From the NCBI GenBank assembly GCA_000002435.2, contig CM018792.1: a stretch of DNA of 64,000 bases. The stretch is one strand, 5' to 3'. This DNA is from Giardia intestinalis (lineage: Eukaryota). Shown in pieces: positions 11,059-20,275 of this stretch (its first letter is position 1; each line of letters starts with the position of its first letter). The position numbers were made by a program, and so were the translations under genes. The notes beneath the pieces are model-generated. The model was not told where the DNA came from, ran no database searches, and saw nothing but the letters and a program-made list of their open reading frames with translations.

Positions 11059-12219
11059 ATGAGCCTTACCACGGGGACAGAGTTAGACAGGGACTATAGG
11101 ATCCTTCAGATGGCCGGACAAGGCGCCTTCGGGACAGTTTACAAAGCAGAGGCCGTGACCACGAGGGAGCTGGTGGCCATCAAGCAGTTAGATTACTCTG
11201 ACTTCAGTGACTCCGAACGCGACGCCATGCGCCAAGAACTTGATGTAATGCCTCTTCTGTCCCATCCACACATCGTCAACTACAAGGCCGTAGTCATGGA
11301 CACCAGAAACCAAAGAGCATATATCGTTATGGAGTTCTGCGAGGGCGGTGAGCTCTCCGAGTTTATTAGAATGCACAAGAACAAGAGGACGAAAATCCAT
11401 GAAGAGATCATTTGGAAATTCATTGCTCAATTGGCGTCTGCTCTCAACTACATGCACAGTCCCTTCAAAAAGAACTCCACGGTCTCGGGGAAGATCATGC
11501 ATAGAGACCTGAAACCGCAGAACATAATGCTGACGAAGACAGGGGACTGCAAGATCTGCGACTTTAATATGTGCCGCTCTGTGCAAACAGCCCGCGCCAA
11601 GACTCTGGCCGGGACTTTAGCGTACCTTGCCCCCGATGTCTGCTCGAATGTCGGCTATACCGAGAAAGCTGACATGTGGTCTCTCGGATGTATCATTTAT
11701 CAGATGTGCGAGTACTCTCTTCCCTTTTATTGGAACGGCATTGAAGATATCCATAAAGATCTGAAGGACATACAGTATAAACCCATAAGCTCAGACTATA
11801 GCAATGACATGAAGGGGGTTGTTAGCTCTCTTCTGGTCCTGGATCCTGCTCTTAGATACTCTGCCAGCGACCTTTTGAGCCATCCCCGAGTCTCCAGGTA
11901 CTTACCTGATCAGACAGCCCCCAGTCAGCAGCATGCACACCGCTCCCCACCTATTATCGCTGCACCACCGCCAATCTCGGATATAATGGCTCCGTGCCCA
12001 ATTTATGAATCTGATAGCCCTGCTCCTGCGCCGGTGCTTAACATACACCCCCCACCGCCCAATCCCAGTGCCTTCTGTGGTCCCGGAAGCGTGGGACACC
12101 AGCATCCCAGCTACAAGCCGCCCACCAAGCAGCAAGCTCCTGTTGTCACGGGGCCCAGAAGCCTACAGAATGCAGGGGTGATCAAAACTCCTGCATATAA
12201 ACCACCGAAACGCCTCTAA
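11059..12219 (+). CDS. Ser/Thr protein kinase, probably NEK family, with Pro-rich C-terminal tail
   Basis: GQGAFGTVYKA glycine loop. VAIK lysine. HRDLKPQNIML catalytic loop. DFN in place of DFG, and APD in place of APE. The track start 11014 is a TTG. The first ATG directly behind the AT initiator is 11059. Confidence 0.8.
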   Translation: MSLTTGTELDRDYRILQMAGQGAFGTVYKAEAVTTRELVAIKQLDYSDFSDSERDAMRQELDVMPLLSHPHIVNYKAVVMDTRNQRAYIVMEFCEGGELSEFIRMHKNKRTKIHEEIIWKFIAQLASALNYMHSPFKKNSTVSGKIMHRDLKPQNIMLTKTGDCKICDFNMCRSVQTARAKTLAGTLAYLAPDVCSNVGYTEKADMWSLGCIIYQMCEYSLPFYWNGIEDIHKDLKDIQYKPISSDYSNDMKGVVSSLLVLDPALRYSASDLLSHPRVSRYLPDQTAPSQQHAHRSPPIIAAPPPISDIMAPCPIYESDSPAPAPVLNIHPPPPNPSAFCGPGSVGHQHPSYKPPTKQQAPVVTGPRSLQNAGVIKTPAYKPPKRL

Positions 12220-12317
12220 GCCCCTTAACTCAATGCTGTTACCTAATAAACAATGCATTTACCTTGGCAACAAATATTTGGAGGCGCGGTGGTCATAGAG
12301 GAGTGCGTAGATATGCA

Positions 12318-15300
12318 TTACGCTGCCATGAGAGATATGTTGTCAGCAGACGCGTTACCAAAGTGTGAGGTGGATCTGGAAAGGGACATGTTGCTTGTAG
12401 ACTTGCCGAGTGAGGACGATTTCATGCGTCCCGTGCCAGACTTACAGACGTAGATACGAAGAAGGAAGAAGATCAGTGCTGCAACTGCACCGACTAGAAG
12501 AATAGCAAAAATAGAGGTGAATGCAATGTTGACTGGTGCTGCGCGACGAGATTCGATTCTATTAACAACAAGAACACCATCCTTCGGCTCCGCGGACAGG
12601 GCTGCGGGGGAACGAATACAAATGCCGTCAAACTTTGTAAATCCGTTGTTACACATGCAGGTGTACTGGTCACCAGAGATACTGAGACACGTGTTAAGGG
12701 GCCCGCCACACATGCCCGCATCGTTCATCCTGCAATACTGGACGCTGCAGTCGGATCCTCCGAGCCCATTTTGGCAGGAGCACAACCCTCTCTTGCACTG
12801 TCCGCCATGTTTGCAGAACGAATCTTTAGTGCAGACGTTGCAAAATTGGCCTGTCGCATTGTCCTTACAGGAGAATGAATCCGGTGTGCTTTTTCGACTG
12901 GAGCACAGCGACCAAGAAGTGCAGGCCTCCATTAATATGTCGAAGACCGGCCGGTTGCGGAATGCAGAGTCAACCTTCCAGGTGCCCTTGACAACGCTGG
13001 CTGCGTCGCTGCTCCAACAGAACTCCAGGTTGCAGTCGTTGAAGAGCTGGATTGACACGTCTGCACCCTGGACATTACTGAGCCTGGCAGCACGGTAAGG
13101 CATCGGCGAAAGGAACGGGAGCCTTCCCTCGTCCATATACCAGTTGCTGCTGGGAGAGAACTTGAAGTATCCACTAGACCCTAGAGACTCCTGTCCATAT
13201 GTGTCCACTTTGCATAATTCAGACAGTGTGAAGTTCTGCACAATGCCTTGAGCCGCAAAAGCTTTATCAAAGACATTACTAAGAGAAGGATCAGCGAGGG
13301 ACATGACACCTGCAAAATCGGTAGCATAGAGGCAGCCTGTGCACGGCGTAGGCCTGGTCTTGCTAGTACTGAGGCCCCCGTACCAAGTGATTGTAGATCC
13401 AGACTTAGCAGTGCCACTGAAGGATAGAGTAGCCATAGAGTGCTTGGCAATGCTTGAGCTCTGGGCCCCAACAAACAGACCGACACCACACGTGGCATCT
13501 GAACTTGCCAGCGTTCCCTCAGCATAGCTATAGCGAATATCCATTAAGTTTGATATCCTTCCTGCATATCCTCCAACATTACAGGATTCTTCTGCTAAAC
13601 ATGTGACACCGTCCTGACACTTAACGTGTATATTCGCATACGACCAGGTCTTATCGCTATCGAAGGTGCCCACGCCTACTGTTGTAAAGCCAATGAATCC
13701 GCCAACGTTGTATGACCCTAGATTCCGAGAGACAGAAATCTTATTTGCAATCGAATAAGAAAGGTAGTGGCGTGACGTGTTTGAAAACCCGGTAAACCCG
13801 CCAATAGATGCATATCTACAATTGGTAATAGTTGCTCCAATGCTACTTGTGTCAGAATATGTATGGCGAACGGTGGAAAACTTGGTGTATCCAGATCCGC
13901 CGCCGATGTAAACATCGCCAACCTTATCGCTACTGCCTTCAACGGCTTTGCTGTAGACGATGTTTTCTCCTACCGCAAAGACAGTTCCCAAACGAGAGTT
14001 GATACTTATGCCTTGTATGCCACCGATGCCCGCCGTTATTCCGTGAGTCTTCACAGCGATCGTCTTATATGTGACGTAAGTGTTACGCATGCTTACATAA
14101 ACCAGGGACCCCGCAACGCCCCCAACAGCCACCACGTGCTCCAGCTCGGTATTCAGGGCTTTATCAGACATTACGTCGACGTTGTTTAACACAGCGCAGC
14201 AGTCGTGTATCTCACCACCCATCTCGTTAACAGTATTTGAAACTGTTCTATGCGCGCCGACAATGCCGCCAACCTTTGCCGAGTTCTTGGTATAGACCTT
14301 AAGAGTATGGATTCGTACGTACGAGTTGCCTATAGACACGAAGCTATCGGATCCTCCACGCATCGCATCTCCAACAAGGCCACCAAGATGGATCTCAGTT
14401 GTATCCGATGTATCTGCAATGGCTATTGTGTCGAGGTACACACGGCCCCCGATAATCCGCCCAGCCGAGAGGGTCCCCACAAGTCCTCCCGCAGCAACGT
14501 GGCCTTTTCCGACCACCGTAGGAGACGCATAGGAAACACAGTCGTTGATGGTCATCCTGTTCACGATGCCGGCGACGCCTCCCGTGTGACAAGCGGAGGT
14601 GGCGTCAGACGAACAATATACCACTGAAGACGATGACAATGAGCGCAGCCTGACGCTCTCAGTGGGAGTGTTGTCATGATTGACAATCCCTCCAACTACG
14701 CCTCCAACGTAGCACTTGGAAGTCTCAGTAGCCGAGCAAGAGACATTCGAGGTTGTGCTGTCTATGTGCTGGATCGCCTGACAAAGACCCACAGCACCTC
14801 CCACAAAAGCACTTCCGCTGATTACTTTGCCCTTAACTAGTGCTGCGGAGGCCACAGAATACCGGAAAACCGCATTCTGGTAGACAACACCAACAAGCCC
14901 ACCCACAGTCAAGTTAGTGACTGCCTGAGTGACCGTGGCGTCGACTATGCTCTGGCTACCAACGGCCAAGTCAGTGAAAGTGCACCCTCCTTGGACTCTC
15001 CCAATCGTTCCACCAACAGCAAAGTACTTCACAAAGATCGTGGTTGTCGTCAAGTTGACGTTGCTATAGAGGCCCGCACCAGCAACAGTATTGCACTTGT
15101 AGTCACCTACAGCACCCCCAATAAACAACCTCGCGTCTTTGTTGTTCCCCAATGAGGTTACGCTGAAGCTCCCCTCGACCCTAACAAGGTAGAAAACAGT
15201 GTCAATAACGCTACCTGCCACAATTCCGGCTCCCGTATCACTCTTTCCGCTAGGGTTAGCCATGGTTATACTTGCGTTGGCGACAAAAGTCACATCATAA

Positions 15301-15581
15301 ATTTGGGCCATATTCAGTTGAGCAAAAAAGCCAACGTTGCCCGTCAGCTCTGCGCTGTCAAACGTGATATTGCGGATGCTTTTTCCCTGACCGTCAAGAA
15401 CGCCTGTGAAGGAGCTCACCGGGGTCCAGGGCTGCGTGAGGACTATGTCATTTTTTAGACGGTAAAACCCGTTGAGATTCGTAGACATGGTACGCAGGTC
15501 CTCCTCTGTCATGACATCGACCACCTCCACCTCTACGGCACAGAGCATGAAAGCCAGAAGCCAGCAGAGGAGAAGTAACAT
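12318..15581 (-). CDS. secreted/membrane protein with GG[LIV]VG (GLUG-like) beta-solenoid repeats, C-terminal EGF-like Cys-rich module and TM anchor (1087 aa)
   Basis: N-terminal signal-like hydrophobic segment. Dozens of GGxVG/VGGxxG repeats. C-terminal CxxC/EGF-like cysteine spacing. A single hydrophobic helix (IFAILLVGAVAALIFFLL) followed by a Ser-rich tail. ATG at 15579-15581 with AT-rich upstream. Confidence 0.7.
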   Translation of the reverse strand: MLLLLCWLLAFMLCAVEVEVVDVMTEEDLRTMSTNLNGFYRLKNDIVLTQPWTPVSSFTGVLDGQGKSIRNITFDSAELTGNVGFFAQLNMAQIYDVTFVANASITMANPSGKSDTGAGIVAGSVIDTVFYLVRVEGSFSVTSLGNNKDARLFIGGAVGDYKCNTVAGAGLYSNVNLTTTTIFVKYFAVGGTIGRVQGGCTFTDLAVGSQSIVDATVTQAVTNLTVGGLVGVVYQNAVFRYSVASAALVKGKVISGSAFVGGAVGLCQAIQHIDSTTSNVSCSATETSKCYVGGVVGGIVNHDNTPTESVRLRSLSSSSVVYCSSDATSACHTGGVAGIVNRMTINDCVSYASPTVVGKGHVAAGGLVGTLSAGRIIGGRVYLDTIAIADTSDTTEIHLGGLVGDAMRGGSDSFVSIGNSYVRIHTLKVYTKNSAKVGGIVGAHRTVSNTVNEMGGEIHDCCAVLNNVDVMSDKALNTELEHVVAVGGVAGSLVYVSMRNTYVTYKTIAVKTHGITAGIGGIQGISINSRLGTVFAVGENIVYSKAVEGSSDKVGDVYIGGGSGYTKFSTVRHTYSDTSSIGATITNCRYASIGGFTGFSNTSRHYLSYSIANKISVSRNLGSYNVGGFIGFTTVGVGTFDSDKTWSYANIHVKCQDGVTCLAEESCNVGGYAGRISNLMDIRYSYAEGTLASSDATCGVGLFVGAQSSSIAKHSMATLSFSGTAKSGSTITWYGGLSTSKTRPTPCTGCLYATDFAGVMSLADPSLSNVFDKAFAAQGIVQNFTLSELCKVDTYGQESLGSSGYFKFSPSSNWYMDEGRLPFLSPMPYRAARLSNVQGADVSIQLFNDCNLEFCWSSDAASVVKGTWKVDSAFRNRPVFDILMEACTSWSLCSSRKSTPDSFSCKDNATGQFCNVCTKDSFCKHGGQCKRGLCSCQNGLGGSDCSVQYCRMNDAGMCGGPLNTCLSISGDQYTCMCNNGFTKFDGICIRSPAALSAEPKDGVLVVNRIESRRAAPVNIAFTSIFAILLVGAVAALIFFLLRIYVCKSGTGRMKSSSLGKSTSNMSLSRSTSHFGNASADNISLMAA

Positions 15582-15720
15582 TTTTTACTCTCGAATTAAA
15601 TGAAGTTGAAAAATGTACACCGAAAATGTGTAAACTTATTAATATAATATTGCGCGTTTGATGCCTGTATGGCCCTGTGCCTTTTCTGGCGCTGCCTGTT
15701 GTCAAAATGGCATAGGGTTG

Positions 15721-18700
15721 CTAACTAAAGTTCTCTTTGTAGCCGCTCATCAGACGCTTCAGACGCTCTTCAATCCCCTTCTCTACAGATTGTACTGCTT
15801 GTAATGTGTCTGTCAACGATGTTCTTATTTGTGCCCCGATGGGCTGATTCGAATGGATCGGGGTCGCAATTTTGGGTTCGTGATCAAGCGCAGCTGCTTT
15901 GACAGCCTCCTGCGCAGAAACTATTCCCAGCTCTGCTACTCGCGCTACATCAGGTGCCATCACCCGAAGCCGCTCTAGGCCAGCCATTGTGTATCCTGTT
16001 TGATATCCCTGCATAGTATCGTCCTTGTCTTCAGTATTAGTTGCTTTAATTGCACCGCTAATCATTCGTGAAGCAGTGTCCACAATGCTGCTCACTGGGA
16101 CCTCCTGTGCAGCAGGAGCGGGAGGAAGCTCGGCCGCAGTTTGAGGTAGGGTCACAGTGTACTTGTTATAGTCTGTAATATAGTTGTCAGCACTTGGTCC
16201 AGTAGTACGCGCACGAATTGCCTTAGTGAGGCACGCCTGAATGTCGTCCATGCAGTCTTTGACTCTTCTCTCGTCCGTCGTCAAGCCGGCTACAGTCCCC
16301 TTCTTACGGATTGCTTCCAGGACATCTTCTACTAAACCCAGCACGTGGTCTAATAGAGCAAGCGACTCCTCTCGTGTCCCCGGTTGTTCAGTAGGCTTTT
16401 GCATTTCGTGGATGGCATGAATGGCGAATGCACTGCCTGATTCTGCGCTTCTACGCATAAAATCTGCTGTTGCTTGCTCAAGGGGAACACTAGTTACATT
16501 TGTTTGATATGCGGGAAATACAACTGTTTCGGAGCCATGATCTGCAACCGCACGCTCCAGGTTCTGGAATGCAACCCGAAGAGAGCTAACGTCCAATTTT
16601 ATTTCCTGCAAAGTAGCGGTAGCAGAGGCCAGCTGCTTTTTTAAACTGTCCAGCTCTGCTTGGGATGTAAGATTCTGATGCTGCAGCTTTTTGTGCGACT
16701 CCTTTATCTGTCTCACCTCGCTGACCTTTCCTGAACGCTCCTGTTTGAGTACCGTGTGCTTCTTTTCGATCTCTTTGAATAATAGCATCTTGGCCGATAG
16801 TTCTCTTTCCTGGCGCTGAAGCTGGCGAAGCTTTATTTCGTTCTTGAGCCTTGCGTCCACTGCTTTACGGAGTTCATTCACGAGAGACTTCACCTGTGCG
16901 TCTTCCAAAGAGCGGGACGCCGCTTGCTTGTTGTAATTCAACGCCGACGCTATGGCTTCTTCGGCTTGCCCCTTTATTTCGGCGTAAAGTTTCTTTTCTA
17001 ACTGGCTGATATCCTCCTCGTGAGAGTTCAAAAGCCTCTTTATGTCAGCCACGGGGATTGCACTCTTGGCTAGAGATCCCGGTGCTGTGGTTGTTGTCCC
17101 AAGCGAAGCCGAGATTATCTTCCTTATGTCAGTAGCACGCTTCTGTGCGGCCATCATGTGTAATTCAGACACCAGAAGGGCCTCCTGTCCTTGACACTCT
17201 AGGTCTGTAATGCGCGCTAGAAGCTCGTCTTTGTAGAGAGTGGCGCGCTCTAGTGCTTGTGTCGCTGTTGTTAGCTTGTCTTTTAGAGCCTGAAGGTCCG
17301 ACTGGGAGGATGGCTGAGGTAGATCAAGCGCAAGAGAGTCAATGGTGCTTACCACATCGTCCTGCTCCGACGTCTTATCCGTCATCTTTGCTTTTGGGGC
17401 GTCTAACCTTGCATTGGCCCTGAGGGTCTCGAGAAACCTATTTGCTAGCATAGCTGCTGTTTCTTGCTGACGGCTAGCATCAGAAAGCTGAGTTTTTGGG
17501 GAGATAACGACATTACCAACAGTCTGTAACGAAACTTGATCTTCCGAAAGGCCTGTGTTAGAGGTTGCAAGAGCAGACTCTGCATGTAAAGAATTGAATA
17601 CGCTGGGGCTTATATTTGTTTCAACAACAGGATCTAGGGACACTATGTTGTGCTTTACCGATATTATATGCGCAGTATTGTCGACACCGCTGGAAGCCAG
17701 AGCAGCAGGGAACGCATCGGTGCTCATTGTGTAAACAGGACTATGTGCATCATGAACATACGCCTGGCCTGTGAGCTCATTCACCTCTTGGACGCCATAC
17801 ATAGCGGGGTCTACAACGTGCGTGATACTCGGCGGTTGGTCAAACAGCTCCACCTCTGGTCTCAAGGAAGTGGATGCTGGGGATACAAAACCTGCTGGTC
17901 TGGGCTGGGGCACTTGGGGAGGTGTCTTTTGCTCATGCATGGTGCTGTTAAATGAAGGATATGACCCGTCATAATGGGGCTCAGACGTCTTTGTGTACTT
18001 GTTTGAGTGCTTATCTTCATAGAGCATGCCCATGTCTGGTTTCATATCATCATCTTTAGTCCCTAAGTCTTGAGCGACAGGTAAAAGGGGAGAAGAGATC
18101 GAGGGGCGAGAGCGGATAGTAGCATCCAGCGCCTTTTGCAGTTCAGAGTCTATGAGATCTGTTACTTCTATAGGGGGGTTGACTGGCGGATGCATGCGAT
18201 TCCTAGCTACCTTGGTTGTCTCAAGAGAAGTCTTGCAAATATGCAACATTGCTAAGAGTGTTTCAGCGTATTGACCAGACTCGCTGGAGCCATTAAACAT
18301 TCCAATGAGGACGGGCCTAGCGCGAGCCAGAATGGGGAGTACAAGCTGAGTTATTGGGGCTGTAGGAATAGGGTTCGCGCTGATGAAGAACTCAACTGTC
18401 TGCCCACTTGATGCTATATCCAGCAGCCCAGTTGTTAGCGCATGAAGAACTGGCCCAGGTGTAGAGTCAATAAGGGTGACAGTAGAAATTGCCCCATTGG
18501 CTTGATTGTAAAGCTGTATTTTGAAGCACATGGTAGAGCTGCTAGGGGCTGGCTCCGCTACACCAGTTGTTTCTCTCTCAGTATAGTTCTTGCTAAGATT
18601 GCGGACATATTCCAAAAGCGTTAAGCTTTGGGCCTTGTCGGCCAGCTGGACCTTTGTAATCTTCATGTTGTCTATTGTCGACTCAAAATCATCTTCTGGT

Positions 18701-19077
18701 GCAAAGTGATCGATAATGACATCATCAAAAAGCTCAAACGCTGAAAAGGTGACCGAGTGGGATGAGTCAACTAACCCAGTTACCTCTGTGAGCAAGGCCT
18801 CAAGTATACCGGCCTGATAAGAAGAAAGCCTGGTCTTGCCCGTCCCCTGGGTCCCCATTACCAGGATTGTGGACGACTCCCCACTGGACAGTGTTCCCAC
18901 GGTGGTCCGAGCAAGATTGTCCACAAATGCCTTGCTTTCATATGCTTCCACGATTGTGCTCATAGAGAATTGCTTCCGCCGTCCATCCTTGCCGCAGAGA
19001 AAAAGAGACGTGCCATCTACCTCTAGATATCTGGGTCGCGGGTCGGAAAGAACAGCGATTGCTTTAGTGGCGTACAT
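15721..19077 (-). CDS. kinesin-like P-loop protein with degenerate switch motifs plus long coiled-coil tail
   Basis: The N-terminus follows the kinesin motor layout: IAVLSDPRPRY; Walker A GTQGTGKT; VTFSAFELFDDVI (cf. VSFLEIYNE); SSSTMCF (cf. SSRSH); LIDSTPGP (cf. DLAGSE). A ~600 aa heptad-rich coiled coil follows. The first ATG is at 19075-19077, directly behind TTTTAAAA. The track start 19098 is a GTG. Confidence 0.6.
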   Translation of the reverse strand: MYATKAIAVLSDPRPRYLEVDGTSLFLCGKDGRRKQFSMSTIVEAYESKAFVDNLARTTVGTLSSGESSTILVMGTQGTGKTRLSSYQAGILEALLTEVTGLVDSSHSVTFSAFELFDDVIIDHFAPEDDFESTIDNMKITKVQLADKAQSLTLLEYVRNLSKNYTERETTGVAEPAPSSSTMCFKIQLYNQANGAISTVTLIDSTPGPVLHALTTGLLDIASSGQTVEFFISANPIPTAPITQLVLPILARARPVLIGMFNGSSESGQYAETLLAMLHICKTSLETTKVARNRMHPPVNPPIEVTDLIDSELQKALDATIRSRPSISSPLLPVAQDLGTKDDDMKPDMGMLYEDKHSNKYTKTSEPHYDGSYPSFNSTMHEQKTPPQVPQPRPAGFVSPASTSLRPEVELFDQPPSITHVVDPAMYGVQEVNELTGQAYVHDAHSPVYTMSTDAFPAALASSGVDNTAHIISVKHNIVSLDPVVETNISPSVFNSLHAESALATSNTGLSEDQVSLQTVGNVVISPKTQLSDASRQQETAAMLANRFLETLRANARLDAPKAKMTDKTSEQDDVVSTIDSLALDLPQPSSQSDLQALKDKLTTATQALERATLYKDELLARITDLECQGQEALLVSELHMMAAQKRATDIRKIISASLGTTTTAPGSLAKSAIPVADIKRLLNSHEEDISQLEKKLYAEIKGQAEEAIASALNYNKQAASRSLEDAQVKSLVNELRKAVDARLKNEIKLRQLQRQERELSAKMLLFKEIEKKHTVLKQERSGKVSEVRQIKESHKKLQHQNLTSQAELDSLKKQLASATATLQEIKLDVSSLRVAFQNLERAVADHGSETVVFPAYQTNVTSVPLEQATADFMRRSAESGSAFAIHAIHEMQKPTEQPGTREESLALLDHVLGLVEDVLEAIRKKGTVAGLTTDERRVKDCMDDIQACLTKAIRARTTGPSADNYITDYNKYTVTLPQTAAELPPAPAAQEVPVSSIVDTASRMISGAIKATNTEDKDDTMQGYQTGYTMAGLERLRVMAPDVARVAELGIVSAQEAVKAAALDHEPKIATPIHSNQPIGAQIRTSLTDTLQAVQSVEKGIEERLKRLMSGYKENFS

Positions 19078-19261
19078 TTTTAAAACATCGCCTGCCACGC
19101 TTACTGCATAATGGATCTTCCTCTTCCGTGTGAGGTAGCACCCTTTCCCCAGGCTCAGACTGAGTCCATGCGCTTCTGCCCCCCAAAGCTTCTGCCAATA
19201 ATATCATCGCAGGTACTCAAAACAGAGGCTGCAAGCCGAGACGAGTAAGTGTAAATGTTTT

Positions 19262-19855
19262 CTATAGTTCACTCTTTGTAGCGTGCTTGTCTGCAGATGC
19301 AAACCGGCGTAGGGCAATCTTCCGTCTGTACTCATCCAGCTCTTTTGCAAATTGGCGGGTCTTCTCTATTTCCATCCGGAGCTCCTCCTCAACAGCAGCA
19401 TTTTCCTTTCTTAGCTCTTCCAGGTCAATGCTTGGGGCAGTGAAGTAGCTGATTGGTAGGGCGTCAACGCTCTTTCGGATCTCTGTAAGGTGCTCTACGA
19501 TGCTTTGCCCCGCCATTGTGCTGATTTCGATTGGTGTGGAAAGGGTCGTGACGTCTGCACCGCCTTTCACAGGAAGTTCGAGGCTTCTATAATACTCTGT
19601 CGGGAATCGCATGCCTAAACGGACAACCCCAACTGCACTTCCAGCCAGCTCCTTATCGTCATCTGTACCGTTCTGAGGTTGCTGCATGGGGGCCGGCTGC
19701 TGCGATGTCTCCAAGTGCCGAAAAGTCATAGATTGCATTCTATCGTCAAGTTCGTAGTTGAGTTCGTAGATGAGCTTCCACTCAATATTGGTGAGTGGGT
19801 CAAACGAAAGGGTGGGAGCCTGGCGAAGAGGGGAATCGTGCTCCTGGGATGCCAT
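19262..19855 (-). CDS. hypothetical coiled-coil protein
   Basis: ORF with charged heptad-like C-terminus. The track start is a GTG at 19924. The ATG at 19853-19855 has an AT-rich leader (GATAAAAAAC). Confidence 0.45.
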   Translation of the reverse strand: MASQEHDSPLRQAPTLSFDPLTNIEWKLIYELNYELDDRMQSMTFRHLETSQQPAPMQQPQNGTDDDKELAGSAVGVVRLGMRFPTEYYRSLELPVKGGADVTTLSTPIEISTMAGQSIVEHLTEIRKSVDALPISYFTAPSIDLEELRKENAAVEEELRMEIEKTRQFAKELDEYRRKIALRRFASADKHATKSEL

Positions 19856-19920
19856 GTTTTTTATCCTTCGGTAAACCTGGAGCCTAGGCTTCATGGACAG
19901 AATAGAGCGCAGGAGCCTTA

Positions 19921-20235
19921 TCACTCCTCGACAAGAAAGCGGGCTCCGTTGACCCCGTACGTATTCAAGAGATGAGTAACGTGCTTTGGCGTAATGATGT
20001 ACGGTGGCTGGCTTTTGTTCATAGTACCTTGATGAATCGCTAATTCCAGAAGCTCCGTATAGAGGCTCTCGGTTATCGCATTAAGTATGAAGTAGGGGTC
20101 TGCCCGATCCAGCATACCCTCAGTTGCTCCTGTGTGCTCTGAAGTAAGGCGGGCCTCTCTATCGCAAAGGGCTACCAGCGCGTCTAGTGCTTCTCTGTCT
20201 AAGTACTCTCGCTTGGTAAAATCAGCCACCTGCAT
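19921..20235 (-). CDS. small hypothetical protein (~105 aa)
   Basis: ORF divergent from IleRS. The internal ATG at 20233-20235 is preferred because the track start at 20316 would place the gene over the IleRS 5-prime coding region. An AT-rich element lies upstream. Confidence 0.4.
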   Translation of the reverse strand: MQVADFTKREYLDREALDALVALCDREARLTSEHTGATEGMLDRADPYFILNAITESLYTELLELAIHQGTMNKSQPPYIITPKHVTHLLNTYGVNGARFLVEE

Positions 20236-20254
20236 TGGTGTTTCGGCCTGATAA

Positions 20255-20275
20255 AAAGAATGGAGTAATTTTAAA
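20255..20275. promoter_or_regulatory. AT-rich initiator (AAAAGAATGGAGTAATTTTAAA) abutting IleRS ATG; palindromic AATTTTAAAAT core may serve the divergent gene as well
   Basis: Sits immediately 5-prime of ATG 20276. Its reverse complement lies 20-40 nt upstream of the minus-strand ATG at 20235. Confidence 0.45.
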
